A stretch of 64,000 nt of DNA from Tubulanus polymorphus. Taxonomy: Eukaryota; Animalia; Nemertea. The DNA is taken from NCBI RefSeq assembly GCF_964204645.1, contig NC_134025.1, positions 13,516,001-13,580,000 of the forward strand. Direction: 5' to 3'. How positions within the stretch are numbered: position 1 is the first letter of the stretch; every line of letters begins with the position of its first letter. The notes beneath the pieces were generated by a model, which was not told where the DNA came from, did no database searches, and saw only the letters and a program-made list of their open reading frames with translations. The position numbers and the translations under genes were made by a program. Of this stretch, positions 39,401-51,414 are shown piece by piece.

Positions 39401-42400
39401 TTGTTTTCTCGCGTTATTTTAGTTTTGTCGTTTTGTCGTCATGTCGCCCTCATTTGCATATTCGTGTTTTTTTATCTTATCAGCCACCATACTAAAGCTT
39501 TAAGGTCACGTAAAACTCGATAAACACTTCAAGCGACACAGCGAACGATCTCCTTTCCCCTAGTCTGAATACCAGTCGTTGTTACGGTTCCGTACAACGT
39601 CTGACGCTAAAGTATCATATAGAGGTTAACTCCTGTTAATTGCAATGCAACAACTGATTTTAGTGTCAAATCAAACCTTTGTACTAAAACAAATTAATTA
39701 GTTACCTTGTTGACTTTGAAAACGTGTTTTATAATAAAATTTCGGATGATTTAAATCGCGAACCGGAGAATTTATTGATTTGATTTGAATTGAATTGATT
39801 GCCACTATCGGGATTTCCAATACGGACTAAATTAATAAAATGTGAAAATTCAATATGTCTCTCAAAAATTACTCTAAATGTTATTTTTTGTTGATAAAAC
39901 GCATAAATTTTGGTCAATTTTAACCTTAGAAATTTGAAACAAGAATAATATCTGCATTGGCACCAAGTTTAAGTTCGAATCCGTAATTTACACTCCCATC
40001 ATGCACCACGAAAAGCCGCCATATTTGTTATGTTGCTTCACTTCAACTGTTTTTTAGGCGACTAGTCAAAAGTTTTGAGCTACTACGATCGTCAAAAGCT
40101 ACTTAGGATTACAAATTTATGCACAAACAATAGTAACTTCCATCTAATTACAGAACAGTCAGTTTGAGGTAAGTTGATGGTGTTTTAAGGGGTGAAATAG
40201 ACGCTCAAAGCCTCCTCCCTCAAAATGAGGGACGAAAATTAACCTTATATGAGCACTTTCGCCCTAGACGTTGTTTCAGGAACAACGGCTAGGTACTAGA
40301 CTACCTTTCCCCCACAGCGAACACTTACTCCGAATGTCAAGTGTGAGTCCAGCATACGGATAGGAGTGTGTTATATACTTGTATTCAGTAAATACCTTGT
40401 GGATTTGACAATGATCGGTATGTACTGTAGGAAATATAGAGTATTGATGGTATTGATATAGAGGCCCGCGGCCGAATAAAGTAATATATTCTTTTATTTT
40501 GATACCTCGTCGACATAACAGCTTTTCTCTGCTATATCTCTTCGGCGTGTTTAGTTTAGGCCTACGACTCCCCGGTACACTTATGATTTATCATAGTAAA
40601 AACACGGTAAATTTGGTAAAGAAAAATAGGTATTGCTAAATTAACTGCTTGACGCCCGCAGCCAAATCACTGGTAGTAATAAATTAATTTGTACTTGATT
40701 TGATTCTCAGAATGAGGAGAAACTCGCAGCTGATCCCCGGAACGACGATGTAGTAACACACGTCGATTCGTCGAGGTTTACGGCTCGACAGTGCTTTTAA
40801 AATCTAAAGTAGTAAATTTCCAGTGTATCGGTAATATGATTTGATGAGGAAAATGGGCTATTGTTAAAATCACTGTTTGAAGACCGCGACTGAATGTGAA
40901 GTCTGCGGCAATAAATTATTTCATTTATACTTGAATTGATAATCGAAGTGACAGTCGGCCTGCGGGTTGATTTCGGGATGACGACTCGAAAAACATGTCG
41001 CCCCATTGAATGGGGCTAAATTTTCGATGTTTACGGCCCGACAGCGCTTTTGTAACGATGATTCCTGAAAAAACACGCGGGCTATTTGTAGATCTCAGTG
41101 AGCTGAACGATATTATATGGATTGTATATGAAACAGCGGCAAGGTAACAAAGCCTATGTTCTTTTGGTAAAAATAGTGTGGAAGAAAATAATAATAATAA
41201 TAATCACGCGGATATCAATAGGGTTTTCTGTGAAATAACAGAAAACCCTAATAATAAGCAATATGCATAGTGGTAACGTTGACTTAATTGGTTATGAGCA
41301 CCTCTGGTTTGGTCCAATCCAAATTGATCCAGTGGTAGTGTATGAATGCAGATTAATACTAATTCAGATCGGGAAAATTGTTCTCTTAAGTGATTCAAGG
41401 GTTAATTGATTATCATAGACCATTTTTCAATGACATCAACGTTTAATCAAAGCAGATACTTCTGAAAAATACATTGTTGCTCCTAAATTGACACAACCGT
41501 AAATCCCAATAACAAGCCAGTTTGATGGATGAGTTTGGAAGAAATTATTGTCATATGCCATGAAATCGGAGTGCATTATTTCACGTAGCAGATACAAAAT
41601 GTGCTAAAGGCTTTTTGACTCAAAATGATTGAGCACTGCAGAAACTCTATGCTTCATTCAAACTCATATTGTATCCGATCAGTTTATCACTGTATTCCAT
41701 CAGAGAGATTTTGACACTACAAATCTCATCTTTAAACAGCAATGTAACGCAGTTAAGCAGAACTTGGCATATCTTTATCATTTCCATATACAACGCATCC
41801 ACCAGATCACCTAGCTGGAAACACCAATCAAGCCTTTTTAGTAGAGAATATGGATCCATTAAAAAATCACATAAAAAGTCCAACAAAAAATCTTTTTTTC
41901 TTGATTTACAATGTAATAATTTGCAATAAGTTAGTTTTATTGATTTCTACCATCGTTTGAATTCAATTCAATGTAGTTTTCATTTTTTCATCAGTCCTTC
42001 CAAGATTTTATGGAAAATATCGAATATTTAAAAGAAATTAATCTTATTTTTTCCACTGTTGATCAGAATATCAAATATTGCATTATTCAATGATGGAGAT
42101 ATTAAGTGATGTGATGCTTTTGTCGTTTACAAATCTTTGAAATCTTTTCCAAAAGTTTCATTCCATTTTTTCCTAAAACATCTGTACTCGCAAGTAATTC
42201 AATTGGCCATAAGGGTACATTCGAACTATATCCTAAAGGATTTAACACTATAAATGCAATTTATTATCAAAATAGTATACAGCCAATGAATATATTAAAT
42301 GCAATAGAACGATAACCACACTCAAACGTGGTGGACGGATAATAAGATAAAATCCCACTATTTACAGATTAAAAGAATTTAAAAATCAGAATTTATTTAT

Positions 42401-42420
42401 TCAATCAAAAATATATAAAA

Positions 42421-42465
42421 GACACGACGTTTCGATCTCACCCTAGAGATCATCGTCAGGTGTGG
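42421..42465 (-). ncRNA. Minimal type I hammerhead ribozyme of the Penelope-like element type
   Basis: The minus strand reads ACAC-CUGACGA-U-GAUCUC-UAGGGU-GAGAUC-GAAAC-GUC-GUGU. This gives core boxes, a 6-bp stem II, a GUC site and a 4-bp stem I. Confidence 0.7.
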
Positions 42466-42721
42466 CGCCTGACACCTTTTATCTTAATATTAAATGCAAG
42501 TAGAATACATCATGACAAGTACTTAGTACTCACTAAAAGAGTATTTTTTCCTTGGCTGATTAGAAAATACATGTCTTCCTAACAATGTTAACATGTGAAT
42601 ATCACCAATTACTACTGCGCATACGAATCAAGAGGTCATTTTGGAACCATGCAGATGACACATATGACCAGATATAACAGAAATAAAAAAAATGTGCACT
42701 TCTGTCATAACACATTTCTGA

Positions 42722-44752
42722 GGGCTGGCTTATGTCGACAAGCAACGCGACGCCTACCGACGCAACTGGGTTTATCGCCGATTAGCGGAAACTAGCGGCC
42801 TACGAGAGGCCGCCAGTTGCTGCTCTATCGGTTCGACATAAGCCGGCTTGCGACGGCAACCCGATGCCTACCGACTCTTTGTTTCGTGAGACAGTTTGTC
42901 TGTGTCTCATAAGTTAATTGTTGTTTGTCTCACTGTCATGTCACTACTCGTCACCTTTGTTTTTGTATCATTTTCCATGTCTCCACCGTGTTCGTATCTC
43001 AATGTATATAAATAGTTTGTGTGTAAAAATAAATCAGTTCCAGTTCTGATATTCAAGCTGCTAGTTAAAGGGGTCATGAAGAGGTTTTGAAAAAAATTTT
43101 AAATCTAATTTTTTTTGTATAAAACATTTACAGTATGCATCTATGGTAGTCTCGTGAAAAAATTTTTTAAATATCTTTATCCAAACTCGAGAAAAGCCCG
43201 TAGCAACGGCCCTAGCAACAGGACGCTCGCGTTTGCGCGGTGATGTTGATGACGTCATTCTGAGAACACATCGCCTGCAGCACCCTCAGAAGCGTTATTA
43301 TACAATGCTCATTTTCATTGAATATCGCGCTAATTTTACAGTCTTTCTAAATGCATTGGCTGTGAATAGCTATGAACTGTTCCCACAAATGCAGCGACAA
43401 ATTTTAGTGGCCAAAACCAAAAGATTTGACCCTAAGATGATGGACCATAAGAGCGAAAACACCCGGCCTAGGGTGTAAACTAGCTTCACACTTCAGAGAA
43501 GGATTCTTGCAAATATTACGGCACACATAAACTTGGATATACAAAACTTATGTTTTTATTGTCTTAGAGCCTTTTATCCTGCCAACTGACACTATTTTCG
43601 CGAATTAAATACGTAGTAAGAGATACGCGCTTTCCACTGCGTATAGTACTGGCTTTCCCCAGTGACCCACATCGCTGTAGTATATTCAACATACTGACTG
43701 TATGTATGCAGCACACATTACTACTACACGGATGGCGCAGGCTCGTCTGGGGTTCACGAACAAGTTTACGGTTTCAGGACGCTTTTATGGTCCAGTACTG
43801 GATAAAAATATCTCTACCCACAGAAATGTCTGCGATGTCTATATCAGTCATCCCCTCCGCGTGGTTTTTACAGAGGGAATGACTTAATGACGATGAATGC
43901 TGGCTGCTCCAGACGTAGAAATATGCTGTACTCTATAGTCACAAATTCCTTCGTTCTAAGGCATCAGGTCTAAATTAAATGGAATAATTTTGACTGTCTA
44001 TTAACAACTGTTGGCTTCGTAAACATCAGACGTTTGATTGGAATCTGATGTATTTGAGTCACTATTTTGCACTTTAATCGCTGTAAGTATCACCCGTTTC
44101 TATACACTACACCATGTTGTTTTGGTTTGGGTTCTCAGAATGACGTCACACTTCCGGGTTGGGAAGGAATCAGCGCGGCCGATCAAAAGTCTCATTTTAA
44201 CACTAATTGAAGAATTAGAAATTAATTTCTTGACCACTAAATCAATAAATAGGGTATAATTGATAAAAAATACTTTTAGCCATATCTCAAAAACCTCTTC
44301 ATGATCCCTTTAAGTCTCACTCTCTTCGCTCTGTTCCGGATTTCCGACGTCGACCATTCTTCGCGAATAGGACCGAAAAATAGCTTCGCTAAACTGGACT
44401 GAAGATCTAGAAACGAAATTGGTAGAATTATGGTGTGAGCGGCCATCTTTATATGATGTCGCTAGCACATACAAAGTCTTAAAGAAATAGCTTTTCTAAT
44501 AGAAATATATTTCCTAATAATTCAAATTTATTCTCAAAATGCTAATCACGTGACCATTTGAGCCGTTGCAGTTGCTAATCGCAACCGACATAAGCAGGGA
44601 AGCAACTGGGAGGATCTCACATACCTCTATTCGGCCTCAGTTGCTGCAAATCGGAGCGCAGTCGACATAAGCTGGGCTGCGATCGCGGTTGCTCTCAGTT
44701 GCGTCGGTAGGAGTCAGTAGGCGTCGCGTTGCTTGTCGACATAAGCCAGCCT
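42722..44752 (+). mobile_element. Harbinger non-autonomous family A with both TIRs and nested insertions
   Basis: ~35-bp TIR GGCTGGCTTATGTCGACAAGCAACGCGACGCCTAC, TGA TSD at 42719 and 44753, and a MADF remnant at about 44395-44470. Confidence 0.88.
43069..44309. mobile_element. Kolobok-like non-autonomous DNA transposon
   Basis: TTAA|AGGGGTCATGAAGAGGTTTT ... AAAACCTCTTCATGATCCCT|TTAA. Purine-purine termini with a TTAA TSD. Confidence 0.85.
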
Positions 44753-45480
44753 TGAGAGTTGCAAGTGCACTTAGGTCAACAGGCTTCATAAGACCATGCA
44801 CAAAATCGCATCAAGTCACAAAGCTGACCCGAATGCAACAAGTGCATAAGCCCATTTTTCATGTAGGTCTGAACTATGGACTGCTCCTCGATGGAGTGAA
44901 CAAAAGCACAAGAAAAGTGCCCAAATCAAACTATTTAAGCGTGAATAGGTTCTAGAATCAATTTTCCTTTCCTGTAGCAGATAAGCAGTGAGGCCCAAGA
45001 TACGTGTATAACATCCCCAACAAACGAAAGCAAACGTGTATATCCATGCATCACTGACCTGCACCTGAATCAACAGTCAACCAAATTGTTTAAAAAAAAT
45101 CTTTTACCAAAGCAAATGATCTACAATTCACCTCATTTTTCTGTAGCAGTGTATTAGATGATCAAGCGTGAATTATTGTGATGGGTACTGTCGCACTGTT
45201 CTAGTCAGGGGTACAATGGTTTTCCATAACGCTCCAATGCGTGTATGAGGATACAGAATCTCCATAATGCTGGCATACTCCTTGTTAAGTAACTGTAATA
45301 ACATATTCCCTAGATGACAGACAAAAGATATACCAGGTACACGAATGTTCAATGGATAAGATGGAAGATGAAAATGAATAAGCTTACAATTAACCAATAC
45401 TGCTTCTTCAATCTCAATACCAAATGGTTCAAATGGTAATGCTAACCAGAACAACAGTAGTAACAAACATATGAATTAAT

Positions 45481-45877
45481 GGTATACGGTAAAAATGTCC
45501 CAGGGAAAAAATGTCTCCAGAAATAATGTCCCAGTCTATCATTACTAACCTGTTAATGTAGTTAATTTCGAAATTAACTAACATCATAATAACACCAGAG
45601 AACCAACTTGGTAATACATTGCGATAACAATTTCAACATTTGATCTCAATAGGCAAAATTAATTAATGCCAAAATTCTAGGCCTATAATTCTCATGGTCA
45701 CTCAATGAATTCTTTTTTATGATTAGTGTGCAATTTACACAATTATTATACACAATTAACAAGTTTGCTCTCTGGTGCTATTTTGATGTTAAATTTACTT
45801 AACTAGTAATGATAGACTGAGATATTTTTTTCTACCTTATGGGACATTTATTCCGGGGACATTTTTACCTACATTCC
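45481..45877. mobile_element. Foldback (possibly MULE-like) MITE
   Basis: Long imperfect inverted arms: GGTAAAAATGTCCC / GGGACATTTTTACC and CAGTCTATCATTACTA / TAGTAATGATAGACTG. Confidence 0.7.
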
Positions 45878-47210
45878 AATTATTTAACTTCTGGATCGGA
45901 CACACTAGTAAAGGATATCTCAAGATGGCACCAGGCAGCCATATTAGATAGCCGATATTTTCATTAGGGATTTTCTCAGAATGGTACTGAGCTGGCCATG
46001 TATTTTCTGTACTGTGAACGTAGCAAGCCACTAATTGTACGCTACGCTCAACCAGGGGAATCAGTTTTAAATCATTTTTGACAACTGTTTTATTAACATA
46101 AAAAGCCACTTAAAAGAATGAAGACATATAGAAGTTGAAGTTGCACTTTTAACAATCTACCGCAATATCATACCATGGCAAATATTATTTCACTCAAAAA
46201 TTGTATTACGCCGAATTGAAAATTCAATTGACATTTGACAATTGTACAACCATTCGGAAGGGCGGAGAACAGGTTAAGAATGGATTGAAAATACAAGCAA
46301 ACGGAGATAGCATGAAAAGTCATCTTGAAAAAACTCCCAATATCTGCACAACTTAGGTTTACTAAGTGCAGAATTACGTGTTTAACACAACTTGCTCTAT
46401 TCTATTAACGCATTTAAGCTGTATTCTGTGGTGTTCCAATAGGGATACCAGGTCATTCGAAAATACACTGTAACATTTGTCGAGTTTGACATTCCCGAGC
46501 ACATTCTACGCTTATGAGATTGGTCATTTCCACAATGTGACATCTAGGTCTAATCTAGTATAGTTAAAATGAAGAGAAATTGAGGGCCCCAAAGCTCCCC
46601 AGTTTTGAAACAACCCAATTGATTTTGATGAAATCATCTAAGACTTGGATATGAGCAGGGTAAATCAAGGATTGGAAAGAAAATTACTTCAAGGTTGGCA
46701 CTTGATGATGAAAGTGACGGCACATTTCATGACAAATTTCCAAAATTTCCTATCAACGAGATCAAAGTTCTGAATTTTCTCATTAGATGGCGTTAGTCAG
46801 AACTGAAAATGGGAACCTAAATCCGTTATGCGCACCTTATCCTTTAAATATGATATGCTTACAATAGGTCGGATACGATAAAGCATCACTTTTAAAGTCT
46901 ATATAATATCCCTCAAAATGTCAATGCTCAAAATAGCTGATGTAGTAAAGACTGGTTGCTGTTGGTGGCACAATCAATATATCACAGGCCATACAGATAA
47001 GATAGTAGGTTCAAACCTTATAGTAGGTCAAACCTATGTGGTATGAAAATTGAGTCAATTACATGATTTAAAGCTCAGCAGCGATTGGCTCGATTTCGTA
47101 TGGTTCCCAGCAAAGATCATCTTTTCAAAATGATCTACAGGCGAGTGAACAGACTACTATAATTTTGGTGCGAAACCTGTAATCACAGATATTGTGCTAA
47201 TAGCTTCACA

Positions 47211-47396
47211 CAGTGGCGTTAGAAGTGCAGCGACTGCAGCGGCGAAAGCCGCGGCAATAGTTTACTGTATGACGTTTTTTTTTCTTTGAATACCACATTT
47301 TTGAAGAAATTAAGTAAATTCGCTGCGGCAATATTTAGAACCTGTCCAAAATCGGCATTTGGCCGCGGCAATCAAAAATTGCTTCCAAAGCCCCTG
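47211..47396. mobile_element. CAG(G/T)GGC-terminated MITE with 5-bp TSD (hAT-like)
   Basis: TIR CAGTGGCGTTAGAAG / CTTCCAAAGCCCCTG with TCACA on both sides. Partial copy at about 49900-50022. Confidence 0.75.
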
Positions 47397-47807
47397 TCAC
47401 AAAGTTTGTCTCCTGCTTGATGCTACCAATCCCAAGTGTACTGGAATAAAAAAGTAACCTCTCTATTGAAATACACGTGTATCTATCTATGTAAAGATAT
47501 TCAAAGTTAAGTTCAGTTAAGACGCATCCAAGCTTGAAGAAATGAATAAATTGATAGTAATAAGGATATCATCCACTTATCTCCAGTGCCCCTAATTCAA
47601 ATAGTTACTATAACATGAAAGAAGACATTTTTAAGTAGCTACTTTCACACTATATTTAGTTAAAACATTTTCGCACATTCAGCAATCTTATATTCACAAA
47701 TTCAGCATTCAGCTATCTAATTCTAGGACATTTTCAAAAAAATCGATCGCGTGTATCATGCTGACGCAGCCCCACCGTGCTATTGAATTGAAAATGAAGG
47801 GAATTTA

Positions 47808-50289
47808 AAATCCTGTTCACCGGTCAACAAACAGTCAATTAGGTCTACTTTGAAACCATGGATGACTGGACCTGATGGTTATTTGACTCTGGAAAATTGA
47901 CTGTTAGGCCTTAATTAGGCTTTATGGATTTTGAAAAAGCATTTGATAAGGTACAACATTAGCGATTACTAAACAAGCTATATGGAAACGGAATCAATGA
48001 TGGGTCGCTAAATTGGCTCAGCAGATTTCTCTGAACGAAAACAGGTGGCCAAAATCAACAGAACTGTCTAATCTTGTAAAAAAGTAGGTCTAACTAGTGG
48101 AGTCACACAAGGTAGCATCCTAAGTCGTCTTCTCTTCAGTGTCCTGATAAGTGAGTATTCGCAAATGTACAGGACCTAGTAAATTTCCAAAACGACCTAA
48201 ACAATCTGTGTTCCGTACGTGGTCAAAAACATGGAAGATCAGCTTCAACCTGAAAAAGGCATAATATGGATATTGGATACGAAGAAAACCCAAGTTCATA
48301 TATCATACCTTTTTGTTCAAGTGAGAAGATTACTATGTTTGATTGAAGATAACTTTGAATATTACATTGCAACGAAAAGACTATTTAGTTCCACGAAAAG
48401 TTTTTTTCTTTGGAATGAAAAACTTTTCAATGGTACAATGTTCGAACGAATATCTTAATGTTCCGACAAAAGAAAACTTTAATCCAAATGAAAACAATTC
48501 TCTTCAATAGAACAATTTTCGTTTGTTTGAACGATATCTTCAAAAAGTTTTGTTGCAATGAAATCAATCTGAAAAAGGCTTAATATGAATATTTGATAGA
48601 AAGAAAACCCAGGTTCATATTATATAATAATTATATTAATAACTTTTTATTCGAGTGAGAAGATTATTATGCTCGAATGGAGATTACCCATTATAACGAA
48701 ACGGCTATTTAGTTCCACAAAAATTTTTTTTTGAAATGAAAAACGCTTCGATCGAACAATATACTTGTTCAAACGAAAAACTTAATGTTCTGACAAGAAA
48801 ATTTTGTTCGAATGAAAACAGTTCTGTTCGATCGAACAATATACTTTCTACAGGAGCGATAAAGGGCCTCGAGTTGTCGCGTTCCGACTCGACAAGTTGC
48901 CATATTTATGTAAACATATCGCGATATATCACGTCAAGTCGACGTGAATATGTCACCATATCGAGATATTTTCGCGACAAATTTCGCTTTTTGGTCCATT
49001 TTCCACCGGACAAGCCGTCATTTGAAGACGCATCGAAATGTTAGATGAGGACGCCAGTAATATGACGACTAAGATGACTATATGACGACTAAGAAATGAA
49101 AACAATTCTGTTTCGATCGAATGAAGATTTCTCTTTATAACGAAAAGACTATTTTGTTCCATGAATTTTCGTTGGAATGAAAAAATACTTTGATCGAATA
49201 TACTTGTTCGAACGAAAAACTTCTTGTTACGACAAGAAAATTTTGTTCGAATGAAAGAATTCTGTTCTATCGAACAATATACTTTCTGTTCCATCGATCA
49301 GATTCCTCATTCATCGATCTGATAAATTTGATTTGTCCGTTACAGGTAAAATAGCTTAACCTGGTAGAGGCTACTAGCCTATGTAGGCCTACGTGTCCTT
49401 GCATCCGGACAGAAGGGCCTTAGGCCTATTGCACTTCAACCCTCCAAAACATCGTATTCCTACTCTTTTTTAATAGGGAAAGGTCTCCGGGGTATTCAAT
49501 TAGTAAAATCAATTTTATTTTGGGATTATGAAGAAATGAATCTTTTGTACTACGCATGGCAGCAATATAGCCGGATTTTTTATTGCAAATTTTGTTTGAA
49601 GTTCAATCCATGAGTCCATAAATAATCATAACAATTATACTGTGTTTGTTCGAAACAGTAAAGCTCAATAGGCCTAAAGGTCGCGTACACAACTCAATAA
49701 ACACATCAAGCGACCTAGAAACGATCTCCTAAGTCACTAATTCCGTATATCAAGCGTGAGCCCAGCTAACGGAAAAGAATGTGTGACATACAGGTTTTAT
49801 TTAGTAAATAGTGGATTTGGTAAAGATTGCTACTGTAGGAAAAATAGAATATTTATAAATGGTTGAAGCCCGCGGCTGAATCACTGGTAGTAATAAATTC
49901 ATTTTTTCTTCTTTGAATACCACGTTTATGAAGAAATTAAGTGTATTCGCCGCAGCAATATATAGAACCTGTCCAAAATCGGCATTTGGCTGCAGCAATC
50001 AAAATTCCTTCCAACGCGCCTGAATATCTGTAATTTAGATAGGTAATAGATGTACTGATCAAGAATGGGTTATTGTTAAAATGACTGTTTGAAGACCGCG
50101 GCTGAATGTGCAGTTTTGGGGTAATAAATTTGATAATTCATGCTTGAATTGATACTCGAACTGACAAGCAATCTGCGGTGGCTTTCATAATGGCGAAGAG
50201 GGTTTCTGCGAAAGCAGCAGAAACCCTAATAATAATAATAATAACGCGAATATCAATAGGGTTTTCTGTGAAGAAACAGAAAACCTTAA
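47808..50289 (-). mobile_element. Second copy of composite HINE-E (left end not found)
   Basis: Same order of blocks as 33378-41251, with two consecutive GGGTTT(T)CTG...CAGAAA(A)CC hairpin ends at about 50198 and 50258. Confidence 0.6.
47923..48260 (+). pseudogene. Decayed CR1 RT fragment (paralog of 33394-33676)
   Basis: Manual translation gives MDFEKAFDKVQH*RLLNKLYGNGI, TSGVTQGSIL and WSKTWKISFNLKK. Confidence 0.8.
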
Positions 50290-50334
50290 TAATAAGTGTC
50301 ATTCACACCATGGCGAGAAAGTCCATTAGAATTT

Positions 50335-51414
50335 ACTGGGTTTATCGCCGATAAGCGGCAACTAGCGGCCTACGAGAGGCCGCCAGTTGCTACTCTATCT
50401 GTTTGACATAAGCCGGCTTACGACGGCAACCCGATGCCTACCGATTCGTCGAAAACCGTTTCCGGCTAGTTGCCCATGTTTTATTCCGGCCTACGGTTGG
50501 TGGACAGTTGCTATAGATCGCAACTGACATAAGCTCATCTGCAGGGGCGGATTTAGGGTTTAATTAAGGAGGAGGAGCAGCAAAGTTAGGGCACATTTTG
50601 ATGAATAAGGGCACTCTAAGAGCGTCAATTTTCTTAATTTGATGCAATTTTAGAGCTATCTGGGCTTTTCTGGTGGCACCTGGGAGCCTTTGCGAATCCT
50701 GTATCCTAGACATGTAAGCCTATTAAATAGCCAAAGATTTGAAAAGGACGAGTGGTCTAGGCCACCCCCATGAAAGTCACCGGAAAACATCAACTATATT
50801 CTTGAAACTCCCAATTATGAATGGTTTAGTTTTATTAAAAAAATTTACTTAAATAAAATAAAAAATTTTAAAAGAATTTTTTTAGGGCACCTTGAAATTT
50901 TGAGGGGGTAGCGCTTCCACTGCTCCCCCTTGAATCCGCCCCAGATCTGTGACGCGACGGAACTGAGCGTAGGGGTTCTAGCCAATAAGAAACCGCATAT
51001 ACATAGTACAAATTATGACCGCTAGTTAGCGTCATTCGTAATTAGTCATAAACTTTCAAATTTAAGTAGTTCAAAACGTAAACCAAACAGCACGGCAGAT
51101 GACTGGACTGAAGATCTAGAAACAAAATTGGTAGAATTATGGTGTGAGCGGCCATCTTTATACGATGTCGCTAGCGCATTGTATTCAAAACAGAATCAGA
51201 AAGATCACGTGACCATCTTAGCCGTTGCAGTTGCCAGTAATTGTAACCGACATAAGCAGGGAAGCAACTGAGAGGATCACGTATCCCGCTAGTCGGACTC
51301 AGTTACTGTGAATCGGAGCGTAGTCAACATAAGCTGGGCTGTGATCGCAGTTTCTCTCAGTTGCGTCGGTAGGAATCGGTAGGCGTTGCGTTGCTTATCG
51401 ACATAAACCAGCCT
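50335..51414 (+). mobile_element. Harbinger family A (left TIR lost) with MADF remnant
   Basis: Matches the other family A copies. The right TIR ends AAACCAGCCT|TAA. 51092-51205 translates as TADDWTEDLETKLVELWCERPSLYDVASALYSKQNQK. Confidence 0.85.
50542..50944. mobile_element. CAGGGGCGG-terminated MITE with 5-bp TSD, nested in Harbinger A
   Basis: ATCTG|CAGGGGCGGATT ... AATCCGCCCCAG|ATCTG. The empty site (GCTCATCTGCGACG) is visible in the copy near 17090. Confidence 0.85.

Larger units (their letters stand above)
33333..41251 (-). mobile_element. Large composite HINE family E
   Basis: Left end AAATATAGCTGC-AAA-GCAGCGATAACGGGTTTTCTG. Right end (AAT)n...AGGGTTTTCTGT-GAAATA-ACAGAAAACCCT. SubTIR GGGTTTTCTG/CAGAAAACCC. 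Internal blocks are colinear with 47808-50289. Confidence 0.65.
27507..41401. mobile_element. Putative piggyBac-like MITE (~1 kb of its own sequence) split by ~12.9 kb of nested insertions
   Basis: TTAA|CCCATTAGCACTCAAG at the left and CTTAAGTGATTCAAGGG|TTAA at the right: imperfect TIR, CCC/GGG termini and TTAA TSD. Confidence 0.5.

Noticed and set aside
35182-39401. Long minus-strand ORFs (up to 368 aa) of VLSPATIHYFGF repeats
   Set aside because: They are translations of a stop-poor 31-bp minisatellite that is open in several frames at once.
45173-45466. 97-aa ORF with a hydrophobic N-terminus
   Set aside because: Non-ATG start, no recognisable domain and no supporting splice context.
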